Below, piece by piece: positions 9,942-18,263 of a DNA stretch of 32,000 bases (the first letter of the stretch is position 1; each line of letters opens with the position of its first letter). The notes under the pieces were generated by a model. That model had not been told where the DNA came from. It made no database searches and saw nothing but the letters and a program-made list of their open reading frames with translations. The position numbers and the translations under genes are program-made. This stretch comes from Collinsella sp. (GTDB lineage: Bacteria > Actinomycetota > Coriobacteriia > Coriobacteriales > Coriobacteriaceae), in the NCBI GenBank assembly GCA_019414365.1, contig DXMC01000002.1, positions 1-32,000 on the forward strand. Reading direction: 5' to 3'.

Positions 9942-10415
9942 ATGGATTCCAAAAGACTTGCCGAGATAGCCGATGTTATGGAGGACCGCGGCCTCACGCG
10001 CGTGCGGGTTGAGGAGCCCGATGGCACCGCGGTCGAACTTGAGCGCGCGAGCGCCGCACAGCCGGTTGCCGTGCCCATGCCTATGCCGAGCGCCATGGCC
10101 GCTCCGGTTGCGGCTCCCGCAGTCGCGCCTGCCGCACCGGAGCCCGCCGCGCAGGCGCCCGCCGCCGCACCGGAGCCCAAGGGCGCCGAGGTGACTGCTC
10201 CCATGGTCGGCGTGTTCTATGCTGCCCCGGCGCCGGGCGACGAGCCGTTTGTGCACGTGGGCTCCAAGGTCAAGGCCGGCGAGACCCTCTGCATCATCGA
10301 GGCCATGAAGGTTCTCAACGAGGTGACGGCAGAGGCAGACGGCGAGGTGCTCGAGATCTGCGTGGCCGACGGCGACCTCGTGGAGTTTGGCAGCTGCCTC
10401 ATGAGGATCGGATAG
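9942..10415 (+). CDS. accB: Acetyl-CoA carboxylase biotin carboxyl carrier protein
   Basis: Ala/Pro-rich linker followed by C-terminal biotinyl domain with EAMKVLNEV. Confidence 0.96.
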   Translation: MDSKRLAEIADVMEDRGLTRVRVEEPDGTAVELERASAAQPVAVPMPMPSAMAAPVAAPAVAPAAPEPAAQAPAAAPEPKGAEVTAPMVGVFYAAPAPGDEPFVHVGSKVKAGETLCIIEAMKVLNEVTAEADGEVLEICVADGDLVEFGSCLMRIG

Positions 10416-10424
10416 GTGATATCC

Positions 10425-10847
10425 ATGAACAAAGAAGAGCTCAAGAAGCTATTGCCGCATCGCGATCCGATGCTTTTGCTCGACGAAGCCGAGCTGGTGG
10501 GCGACGAGGCCCACGGCAAGATCACGATTACGGGCGACGAGTACTTTTTGCAGGGGCATTTTCCGGGAAACCCGGTCGTCCCCGGCGTGATTCAGTGCGA
10601 GATGCTCGCCCAGAACTGCTGCGTGCTGCTGATGGGCGATGAGGAGGCGCGCGGCGCGACGCCGTTCTACACGAGTCTGGACAAGGTTCGCTTTAAGCGT
10701 CCGGTGCGCCCGGGCGACACGGTGGATCTGGTGTGCTCCATCACGCGTGCGCGCGGGCCGTTCCGCTTTGCGACGGGTACTGCGAGCGTCAACGGTGAGG
10801 TTTGCTGCCGCGCCGATATGTCTTTTGCACTCATGCACGAAAGTTAA
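10425..10847 (+). CDS. fabZ: 3-hydroxyacyl-ACP dehydratase
   Basis: LPHRDPMLLLDEAE..., GHFPGNPVVPGVIQCEMLAQ. Confidence 0.95.
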   Translation: MNKEELKKLLPHRDPMLLLDEAELVGDEAHGKITITGDEYFLQGHFPGNPVVPGVIQCEMLAQNCCVLLMGDEEARGATPFYTSLDKVRFKRPVRPGDTVDLVCSITRARGPFRFATGTASVNGEVCCRADMSFALMHES

Positions 10848-10857
10848 GGAAGGCTTC

Positions 10858-12201
10858 ATGTTCGACAAAGTGCTCATCGCCAACCGCGGCGAAGTCGCGG
10901 TCCGTGTTATCCGCGCGTGCCGCGATATGGGCATCAAGACCGTCGCCGTTTATTCCACGGCCGATGCGGACGCGCTGCACGTGCAGCTTGCCGACGAGGC
11001 GTATTGCATCGGCGGCCCGCGTCTTGCCGAGAGCTACCTCAACGACGATGCCGTGCTCACCTGTGCCGTGAAGTCGGGGGCAAAGGCGATCCATCCTGGC
11101 TACGGTTTCTTTTCCGAGAAGGCGAGCTTCGTGCGCGACTGCGACAAGTATGGTCTAGCGTTTGTCGGTCCCTCGGCCGAGGTCATCGACAGCATGGGCG
11201 ACAAGGATGCCGCACGCCGAACGGCTGCCGCGGCGGGCGTACCCATCGTGCCGGGCTGCGATTTGCTCAAAAGTCCCGAGGAGGCGACGGCCGAGGCCGA
11301 GCGCATTGGCTGCCCCGTGCTCATCAAGGCGCGTGCAGGTGGCGGCGGTCGCGGCATTCGCAAGGTCGAGTGCGTGGAAGACGCGGCAAAGGCGTTCATC
11401 GAGGCGCGTGCCGAGGGCGAGGCCGTTTTTGGCGACGGCGAGTGCTACATGGAGAAGTTCGTAGCGCCGGCCCACCACGTTGAGGTGCAGATTATGGCCG
11501 ATAAGCAGGGCCATGTGTTTTCGCTCGGCGAGCGCGAGTGCTCGGTGCAGCGTCGCAACCAAAAGCTGATCGAGGAGAGCCCCGCGCCGTGCCTCGACGG
11601 ACACGACGACATTCGTGCTCGCATGCACAAGGCGGCGCGTGACCTGGCTCGTGCCGTCGGCTACGAAGGAGCCGGTACCATCGAGTTCCTGTATTCGGAC
11701 GACGGCAATTTCTACTTTATGGAAATGAACACGCGCTTGCAGGTGGAGCATCCGGTTACGGAGTTTGTGACCGATACCGACTTGGTCAAGTGGCAGCTGC
11801 GCGTGGCGGCCGGCCAGCCTTTGCCCTTTGAGCAGGAGGACATGCCGGTCCGCAACCACGCCATGGAGTGCCGCATCAATGCCGAAACGCCGGACTTTCT
11901 GCCGTCATGCGGAACGGTCACCGCGTTGCGTGTACCGGGTGGTCCGCGCGTGCGCTGGGATTCGGCCATGTTCACCGGTGCGACAGTTCCGCCGTACTAC
12001 GACTCCATGCTCGGCAAGCTCATCGTGTGCGCGCCCACGCGTGACGGTGCCATTCGCAAGATGCGCTCGGCCCTGGGCGAGCTCGTGATTGAGGGCGTGA
12101 GCGAAAATAGCGAGCTTCAGCTCGACGTGCTGGCAAACGACGAGTTTTTGTCGGGCATGTATCACACCGATCTGATGGGGCATCTCTATGCTGATGAATA
12201 G
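10858..12201 (+). CDS. accC: Acetyl-CoA carboxylase biotin carboxylase subunit
   Basis: MFDKVLIANRGEVAVRVIRACRDMGIKTVAVYS..., 447 aa; start moved from 10639 to the MFDKVLIANRGE methionine. Confidence 0.97.
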   Translation: MFDKVLIANRGEVAVRVIRACRDMGIKTVAVYSTADADALHVQLADEAYCIGGPRLAESYLNDDAVLTCAVKSGAKAIHPGYGFFSEKASFVRDCDKYGLAFVGPSAEVIDSMGDKDAARRTAAAAGVPIVPGCDLLKSPEEATAEAERIGCPVLIKARAGGGGRGIRKVECVEDAAKAFIEARAEGEAVFGDGECYMEKFVAPAHHVEVQIMADKQGHVFSLGERECSVQRRNQKLIEESPAPCLDGHDDIRARMHKAARDLARAVGYEGAGTIEFLYSDDGNFYFMEMNTRLQVEHPVTEFVTDTDLVKWQLRVAAGQPLPFEQEDMPVRNHAMECRINAETPDFLPSCGTVTALRVPGGPRVRWDSAMFTGATVPPYYDSMLGKLIVCAPTRDGAIRKMRSALGELVIEGVSENSELQLDVLANDEFLSGMYHTDLMGHLYADE

Positions 12202-13912
12202 AAAAGCGAAGACGGTCAATGTCCTTGAGGGGCCGATAACCGAGTCGTGCGCCGAGTTCCCCGCGCGCCACGTGTTTGTCAAATGCCCGGAGTGCCGCCG
12301 TGTGATCGATGAGGCGCGCCTGCACGACAACCTCGAGGTCTGCCCTCGTTGCGGCAAACACTTTCGCGTGAGCGGTCGCGCGCGCATGCGCATGACGGTC
12401 GACGCGGGTACCTTTGAGGAATGGGATGCCAATCTGGCGTCGAAGGACTTCCTCTCGTTTCCCGGTTATGCCGACAAGCTTAAGAGCGTGAGCGAGCGTT
12501 CGGGCGAGCGCGATGCCGTTGTGTGCGGCAGGGGCAAAATCTGCGGCTGCGATACGGCGCTCTTCTTTATGGATGCCAACTTTATGATGGGCTCAATGGG
12601 CTCCGTGGTGGGCGAGAAGATCTGTCGTGTCTTTGAGCGCGCGGCCGAGTTGGGGCTGCCGGTCGTTGGCTTTACCGTATCGGGCGGCGCCCGCATGCAG
12701 GAGGGCGTGACCTCGCTCATGCAGATGGCCAAGATTTCTGCGGCGGTTAGGCGCCACAGCGAGGCGGGCGGCCTGTATATCACGGTGCTCACCGATCCCA
12801 CGACCGGAGGCGTGACCGCGAGCTTTGCCATGGAGGGCGACATTATCCTGGCCGAGCCCGATGCCCTGACGGCATTTGCCGGCCCGCGCGTGATCGAGCA
12901 GAACATGCACAAGCGTCTGCCCAAGGGATTCCAGCGTTCCGAGTTTTTGCTGGAGCACGGCTTTTGCGATGCCGTTGTTCCGCGTGGTGAGATTGCGCTC
13001 ACGGTAGGCGAGCTGCTGGCGCTGCACGAAGGGCACGCGCCCGGCCTGGGGGCACCGCATGAGATCGTGCATACGGGTCGTCGCGACAAAAAGCTGGGAC
13101 ACTTGTTTAAGCGCTCGGCCGCACCAAAAAGCGCGCTCGAAATCGTCAAACAGACTCGCTCGGCGAACCGCGCCACGGCAGGCGAGATGATCTCGTTGGG
13201 TCTCGACGGATTCGTAGAGCTGCACGGCGACCGCTACTTTGGCGACGATGCTGCCGTGGTGGGCGGCATCGGCTGGAAAGACGGGCGACCCGTGACGGTT
13301 ATCGCCATCGAGCGCGGTACCACGACAAAAGAGCGCATGCGTCGCAACTTTGGTATGGCACATCCCGAGGGCTACCGCAAGGCACGTCGCCTGATGCACC
13401 AAGCCGAGAAATTTGGTCGGCCGGTTCTGTGCCTGGTTGATACTTCGGGCGCGTTTTGCGGCATCGGTGCCGAGGAGCGCGGCCAGGGCGAGGCGATTGC
13501 CCGGAATCTCATGGAGATGAGCGGCCTTAAGACGCCGATTGTCTCGGTGGTGACAGGCGAGGGCGGCTCTGGTGGCGCGCTGGCGCTGTCCGTGGCCGAC
13601 CGCATCCTGATGCTCTCGAGCTCGGCCTATTCGGTCGTGAGCCCCGAGGCCTGTGCGTCGATCCTGTGGAAGGATACCGAGCGCGCGAATGAGGCCGCTG
13701 AGGCGCTTAAGCTCACGGCCCCCGATCTGTTGGCGCTCGGCATCATCGACGGCATTGTTGACGATAGGGGCCTGTCGCATGAGGAGATCGCCGGTGTCGT
13801 CATGTCCTCGGCATTTGATGCCTTCGATACGCTTGGGCAGCTCGACGACGCGACCCTCACAAACCTCCGCTACGAAAAGTACCGCGCAATCGGTCAGTAC
13901 CGCACGATGTGA
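12188..13912 (+). CDS. accDA: Fused acetyl-CoA carboxylase carboxyltransferase, AccD (beta) and AccA (alpha) domains in one polypeptide
   Basis: 574 aa; N-terminal CPECRRVIDEARLHDNLEVCPRCGKHFRV zinc ribbon and GGARMQEGVTSLMQMAK (beta); C-terminal TVIAIERGTTTKERMRRNFGMAHPEGYRKA, GEGGSGGALALSVADRILML (alpha); overlaps accC. Confidence 0.93.
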   Translation: MLMNRKAKTVNVLEGPITESCAEFPARHVFVKCPECRRVIDEARLHDNLEVCPRCGKHFRVSGRARMRMTVDAGTFEEWDANLASKDFLSFPGYADKLKSVSERSGERDAVVCGRGKICGCDTALFFMDANFMMGSMGSVVGEKICRVFERAAELGLPVVGFTVSGGARMQEGVTSLMQMAKISAAVRRHSEAGGLYITVLTDPTTGGVTASFAMEGDIILAEPDALTAFAGPRVIEQNMHKRLPKGFQRSEFLLEHGFCDAVVPRGEIALTVGELLALHEGHAPGLGAPHEIVHTGRRDKKLGHLFKRSAAPKSALEIVKQTRSANRATAGEMISLGLDGFVELHGDRYFGDDAAVVGGIGWKDGRPVTVIAIERGTTTKERMRRNFGMAHPEGYRKARRLMHQAEKFGRPVLCLVDTSGAFCGIGAEERGQGEAIARNLMEMSGLKTPIVSVVTGEGGSGGALALSVADRILMLSSSAYSVVSPEACASILWKDTERANEAAEALKLTAPDLLALGIIDGIVDDRGLSHEEIAGVVMSSAFDAFDTLGQLDDATLTNLRYEKYRAIGQYRTM

Positions 13913-13937
13913 CAAAGGGACAGTCCGCATGTCACAT
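13907..13937. repeat. Short palindromic element overlapping the accDA stop codon
   Basis: ATGTGACA-AAGGGACAGTCCGCA-TGTCACAT, perfect 8-bp arms; related to 15171-15204. Confidence 0.5.
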
Positions 13938-13952
13938 TGGGAAAGGCGTTCC

Positions 13953-15167
13953 ATGTCACAAGTTTCTAACACCTCGTTTACAACGACGGTTTCATCAAAC
14001 GCCATGGCCGTGGTGGACTATCTGTCCAAAAGCATGATGTCGGCGTTGCCGTTTATTGTCTGCGCGGCGCTGTTCCGCACCGTTGCCGTCATTATGGGCG
14101 AAGGCATGCTTGGTCTATGGCCTGCCGATTCCGAAATCTATCGCCTGTTTTACAGCTGGCTGTATAACGCTGGCTATTACTTTTTGCCCATCTATCTTGG
14201 TTGGGCCGCTGCCCGCCAGCTCGGTTGCTCGGAGCAGCTGGGCATGATGCTGGGCGGCGTATTGATTGTGCCCGATCTGCTTAAGCTCGTTGATGCCGCA
14301 TCGACGACGGGGGCATCGATGACTTTCGTGTATGGTCTACTTCCCGCGCCGGTCAACGATTACACGACGACTGTTATTCCGGTTCTCATCTCGGTGCCCG
14401 TGCTATGGCAGGTGGAGCGTTTCTTTAAGCGCACTATCCCTCAGGCTGTGGCGTTTTCTTTTGTACCGTTTGCAACCATGCTTGTCATGGTTCCGGTGTC
14501 GCTGTGTGTTACGGCGCCGGCAGGCAGCTATCTGGGCATGCTGTTGGGACAGCTTATGTTTATGCTTGGCAATTCCGGTGGCATCGTGTCGCTGCTCACG
14601 CTCATGGGGCTTGCCGCGGGCTGGGAGTTTCTTAAGATCGCGGGTGTCAGCAACGTTGTCCTATCGCTCGCCTATGCGCAGTTTATGAGTGTGGGAACGG
14701 ATTCGTGCATCCTGATCGCCGCGACGATGGCAACGTTCGCCGTTTGGGGTATGCCCTTTGGCGCGTCGCTCCGCGTTGCGGATAAGGACGAGAAGGCGCT
14801 CATGCTGGGCTATTCAATCTCGGGTATTCTTGGCGGCGTAAGCGAGCCAGCGCTGTACGGATGCGGCTTTAAATATGGCAGGTGTCTGACGTGCATGGCC
14901 GTTGGCGGCGCCGTCGGAGGCCTTGTTGCGGCCGTAGGCCACGTTACGGCTTATACCATCGGTATGACGAATGTTCTTATGGTCATTGGCTTTGCCACGG
15001 GCGGCATCTCGAATCTGCTGTGGTGCTGCGCTGCCGGCGGCGCAGCATTTGCGGTGTCTGCGGCGCTGAGCTGCTGTTTTGGCGTGGTGCCGACAAAGAT
15101 GCAGGCGGCAGAAGACGCAGCTGATTCGCTCGAAACAGTGGCGAGCGCTGCTGAAGCAAGCGCATAA
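13953..15167 (+). CDS. PTS EIIC-like membrane permease of the glucose/beta-glucoside family, stand-alone
   Basis: About 404 aa, many hydrophobic helices; GISGILGGVSEPALYGCGFKYGR resembles the conserved GITEPAIYG motif; no EIIA or EIIB domain in the ORF. Confidence 0.78.
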   Translation: MSQVSNTSFTTTVSSNAMAVVDYLSKSMMSALPFIVCAALFRTVAVIMGEGMLGLWPADSEIYRLFYSWLYNAGYYFLPIYLGWAAARQLGCSEQLGMMLGGVLIVPDLLKLVDAASTTGASMTFVYGLLPAPVNDYTTTVIPVLISVPVLWQVERFFKRTIPQAVAFSFVPFATMLVMVPVSLCVTAPAGSYLGMLLGQLMFMLGNSGGIVSLLTLMGLAAGWEFLKIAGVSNVVLSLAYAQFMSVGTDSCILIAATMATFAVWGMPFGASLRVADKDEKALMLGYSISGILGGVSEPALYGCGFKYGRCLTCMAVGGAVGGLVAAVGHVTAYTIGMTNVLMVIGFATGGISNLLWCCAAGGAAFAVSAALSCCFGVVPTKMQAAEDAADSLETVASAAEASA

Positions 15168-15170
15168 ATC

Positions 15171-15204
15171 TGTGCGACAAAAGGACGATTCCTTTGTCAT
15201 ATTC
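15171..15204. repeat. Short palindromic element related to 13907-13937
   Basis: TGTGCGACAAAAAGGACGATTCCTTTGTCATATT; GACAA(AAA)GGA pairs with TCCTTTGTC. Confidence 0.4.
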
Positions 15205-15206
15205 CA

Positions 15207-15239
15207 AGGCTGCGGCCCGTGTGGGCTGCGGCCTTTTTG
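15207..15239 (+). terminator. Rho-independent terminator after the EIIC gene
   Basis: AAGGCTGCGGCCC-GTGTG-type loop-GGGCTGCGGCCTT followed by TTT; 13-bp stem with two G:U pairs. Confidence 0.8.
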
Positions 15240-15311
15240 TATCTGGAGGACAAAGTGGCTACACTACAATCCGTTTGAGCAATAGATATATAGGTAGTAC
15301 CGTGGGGACTG

Positions 15312-16472
15312 ATGAGGATGGTCGAGTGGATTGTTCGTCGTGCGCAGGGCGACCGTGCGCGCGTGGGAACGTTGACGGGCATAGTGTGTATTCTCGCCAA
15401 TGTTGCGCTTTGCGCTGCGAAGGGTGCAATTGGCGTGCTGTCGGGATCGGTTGCGATTGTGGCGGACGCCATGAACAACCTGTCCGATGCCAGCTCGAAC
15501 ATCGTGAGCGTGCTTGGCTTTAAGCTGGCGGGCAAGCCGGCCGACCCCGAGCATCCTTACGGACATGGCCGCTACGAGTATCTCTCGGGTCTGGTCGTGG
15601 CGGCGCTCGTGCTGCTGATTGGCGTTGAGCTGGTGAAGTCCTCGGTTGAGCGCATCATCCACCCCGAACCTGTCGAGTTCTCGCTTGCCCTGGTGGCAGT
15701 CTTGGTGCTTTCGATGATTGTTAAGCTCTGGATGGCGGCCCTCAACCAAAAGCTCGGCGATCGCATTGAGTCCGAGACGCTGCATGCGACCGCTCAGGAC
15801 TCAAAGAACGATGTCCTAGCTACGGGTGCCGTGCTGGCGTGCGCAATTGTTTCGCAGGTGACGCACATCAATCTTGACGCATGGGTCGGCCTTGCCGTTG
15901 GCGCCTATATCGGCTGGAGCGGCTTTGAGCTCATCCAGGATACGGTGAGCCCGCTTTTGGGTCAGGCACCCGATCCAAAGCTGGTCAAGCACATTCGAGA
16001 CAAGATCATGAGCTACCCCGGCGTTTTGGGCGTTCACGATTTGATGGTTCACGACTACGGCCCGGGCAGGAAGTTCGCAAGCGCTCACGCCGAGATGGCA
16101 GCCGAGGCCAGCCCGCTGGAAAGTCACGACACGCTCGATAACATCGAGCAGCCGTTTAGGGTCGAAGACGGCATGATCGTCACGCTCCATTACGATCCCA
16201 TCGTGACCGACGATCCAAAGGTGGCGAGCATGCGTCTGCGCATCAACGCTATGGCTCAAGAGATTGATAGCCGCCTCTCGATCCACGACCTACGCTGTGT
16301 TCCGGGCCCCACGCATACCAACGTGATCTTTGACTGCGTACGTCCCTCGGATTTGGCGATGAGCGCCGAGGACCTGAAGCGCGCGCTGGCGAAACGGGTC
16401 GAATTCGAATATCCCAAGTCGATTGCCAAGATCACGATCGACGAAGACTATGTCGGCCATACCCACGAGTAG
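15312..16472 (+). CDS. Cation diffusion facilitator (CDF) family transporter
   Basis: 386 aa; SGSVAIVADAMNNLSDASSNIVSVLGFKLAGKPADPEHPYGHGRYEYLSGL and cytoplasmic C-terminal domain. Confidence 0.92.
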   Translation: MRMVEWIVRRAQGDRARVGTLTGIVCILANVALCAAKGAIGVLSGSVAIVADAMNNLSDASSNIVSVLGFKLAGKPADPEHPYGHGRYEYLSGLVVAALVLLIGVELVKSSVERIIHPEPVEFSLALVAVLVLSMIVKLWMAALNQKLGDRIESETLHATAQDSKNDVLATGAVLACAIVSQVTHINLDAWVGLAVGAYIGWSGFELIQDTVSPLLGQAPDPKLVKHIRDKIMSYPGVLGVHDLMVHDYGPGRKFASAHAEMAAEASPLESHDTLDNIEQPFRVEDGMIVTLHYDPIVTDDPKVASMRLRINAMAQEIDSRLSIHDLRCVPGPTHTNVIFDCVRPSDLAMSAEDLKRALAKRVEFEYPKSIAKITIDEDYVGHTHE

Positions 16473-16511
16473 GGCTGTGCCAGCAAAGCAAGTTATACAG
16501 AAGGGGAGAGC

Positions 16512-17138
16512 ATGAAGCGTCTATATCTACTCCGCCACGGTCAGACAGAATTCAACGTTAAAAAGCTCGTCCAGGGCCGCTGCGATTCTCCGTTGACCGA
16601 CCTGGGCCGCAAACAAGCGGGAATGGCGGCCGCATGGCTCAAGGACCACGGCGTCGTTCCCGACAAAGTGGTCTCTTCGCCCTTAGGCCGAGCCATGGAC
16701 ACGGCTCAGCTCGTCGCATGCGAGCTCCTCGGCCCGGACACAGCAGTCGAGCCCTGCGAAGGCATCATCGAGCGCAGCTACGGCACCTTCGAAGAAGGCC
16801 CCCACGACGCCCTGCCCACCGACGTCTGGGATCCAGGCGAGGACTTAATCCCATTCGGAGGAGAAGGAAGCCAGGCACTGCAAGAGCGCATGGTAGACAC
16901 CCTCACCAATATCATGGGCGCCGAGGGCATCGAAACCCTCCTAGCAGTAAGCCACGGCAGCGCCAGCCGCCAATTCATAAAGGCTGCAGCCCCAGAGGGC
17001 TTCGGGCTCCCAACAAAACTCCCCAACTGCGCCATCATGATCTTCGATTTTGATGAGGCAAAGCCACAAGCAGAAGGCGAGTCAATGCAACGCAAGTTCA
17101 CCCTCCAGCAAATAGTGGATCCCCAACAAAGTAATTAG
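16512..17138 (+). CDS. Histidine phosphatase / phosphoglycerate mutase family protein
   Basis: LYLLRHGQTEFNVKKLVQGRCDSPLTDLGRKQA; SHGSASRQF. Confidence 0.9.
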   Translation: MKRLYLLRHGQTEFNVKKLVQGRCDSPLTDLGRKQAGMAAAWLKDHGVVPDKVVSSPLGRAMDTAQLVACELLGPDTAVEPCEGIIERSYGTFEEGPHDALPTDVWDPGEDLIPFGGEGSQALQERMVDTLTNIMGAEGIETLLAVSHGSASRQFIKAAAPEGFGLPTKLPNCAIMIFDFDEAKPQAEGESMQRKFTLQQIVDPQQSN

Positions 17139-17167
17139 CTGAGCGAGCAGAGTTAAGCAGACATCAA

Positions 17168-17344
17168 CGTGGCGTTCCCAGTGTGCGGCGGAGGGGGCGG
17201 GCCTGAGACATATTAAGGTTGTCGCGAGTTCCGCACGAACAGGAGAGCACTTAATGTGCTCTCCGTCGTGAGCAGGACTGTAGAGCAGCAACCTTAATAT
17301 GTCTCAGGCCCGCCCCCTCCGCCGCACACTGGGAACGTGCCACG
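17168..17344. repeat. Large hairpin-forming inverted repeat between the phosphatase gene and rplC
   Basis: 17173-17221 and 17289-17337 are perfect 49-bp reverse complements; CGTGG/CCACG (17168-17172 / 17340-17344) extends the stem past a 2-nt bulge; nested GGAGAGCAC-TTAAT-GTGCTCTCC at 17242-17264 flanked by CACGA/TCGTG. Confidence 0.97.
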
Positions 17345-17386
17345 CACTTTACCTGCGTAAACAATGTGAGTGAAATATGAATCTCG

Positions 17387-17412
17387 ATGGATACGCCCGC
17401 AGCCGTGTATAC
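17387..17412 (+). promoter_or_regulatory. 26-nt motif upstream of rplC containing a TATACT -10-like box
   Basis: ATGGATACGCCCGCAGCCGTGTATAC, 23/26 identical to 19252-19277; TATACT at 17408-17413. Confidence 0.65.
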
Positions 17413-17524
17413 TAAACAGCTGTGTGAAACCAGGGGAGTATTCTGGCTGGACAAAATGCCTGCTTAATAGGGTTGTCAGGTAGTCCGGGCGCAATACAAG
17501 ACTGGGGAGCACGTCGTGTAAGTA

Positions 17525-17576
17525 GTGGTCCTCTAGGGGCGTACGCTCGGTGGTGTACGCATTGTCCCAAGACCAC
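17525..17576 (+). promoter_or_regulatory. Nested stem-loop in the rplC 5' leader
   Basis: GTGGTC (17525-17530) pairs with GACCAC (17571-17576); GCGTAC (17539-17544) pairs with GTACGC (17555-17560). Confidence 0.45.
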
Positions 17577-17596
17577 GCGAGAGTTGGGATCATATC

Positions 17597-18217
17597 TTGA
17601 TCAGCATGATTCTCGGCCGCAAGATTGGCATGACCCAGGTTTGGGACGAGGACGATAACGTCGTTCCCGTCACGGTCATCCAGGCTGGCCCCTGCGCTGT
17701 CTCGCAGGTTAAAACTCAGGCAACCGACGGCTATGACGCCGTCCAGATCGGTTTCGGCGACATCAAGGCCAAGAACGTGAACAAGCCCATGGCTGGTCAC
17801 TTCGCCAAGGCTGGCGTCGAGCCTGTCCGCTTCCTTCGTGAGGTCCGCGTCGAGAACGGCGAGGAGCACAAGGTCGGCGAGGTCGTCACCGTCGCTGATT
17901 TCGCTGATGTCGAGAAGGTCGACGTCATCGGTACCTCCAAGGGTAAGGGCTTCCAGGGTCGCATCAAGCGCTGGGGTCAGCGCCGCGGTCCTATGACGCA
18001 TGGTTCTCACTTCCAGCGTCACCCCGGTTCTATCGGTCAGTGCGCCTATCCTGCGCGCGTCCTCAAGGGCGTCAAGATGGCCGGTCACATGGGTAACGAG
18101 CGCGTTACCGTCAAGAACCTTTCCGTTGTCCGCATCGATGCCGAGCAGAACCTCATCTTGGTCAAGGGCGCTGTCCCGGGTGCCAAGAATGGTCTCGTCG
18201 CCATCCGTATGGCCTAA
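17597..18217 (+). CDS. rplC: 50S ribosomal protein L3
   Basis: [33 protein letters not shown]..., TTG start 17597 or ATG 17606. Confidence 0.97.
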   Translation: MISMILGRKIGMTQVWDEDDNVVPVTVIQAGPCAVSQVKTQATDGYDAVQIGFGDIKAKNVNKPMAGHFAKAGVEPVRFLREVRVENGEEHKVGEVVTVADFADVEKVDVIGTSKGKGFQGRIKRWGQRRGPMTHGSHFQRHPGSIGQCAYPARVLKGVKMAGHMGNERVTVKNLSVVRIDAEQNLILVKGAVPGAKNGLVAIRMA

Positions 18218-18263
18218 GGGCCCAGCCCATTTAGCCCAGCGTCATACCAAGGAGAACACTTAA

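Noticed and set aside
12593-14005. 470-aa ORF on the minus strand
   Set aside because: Antisense shadow of accDA.
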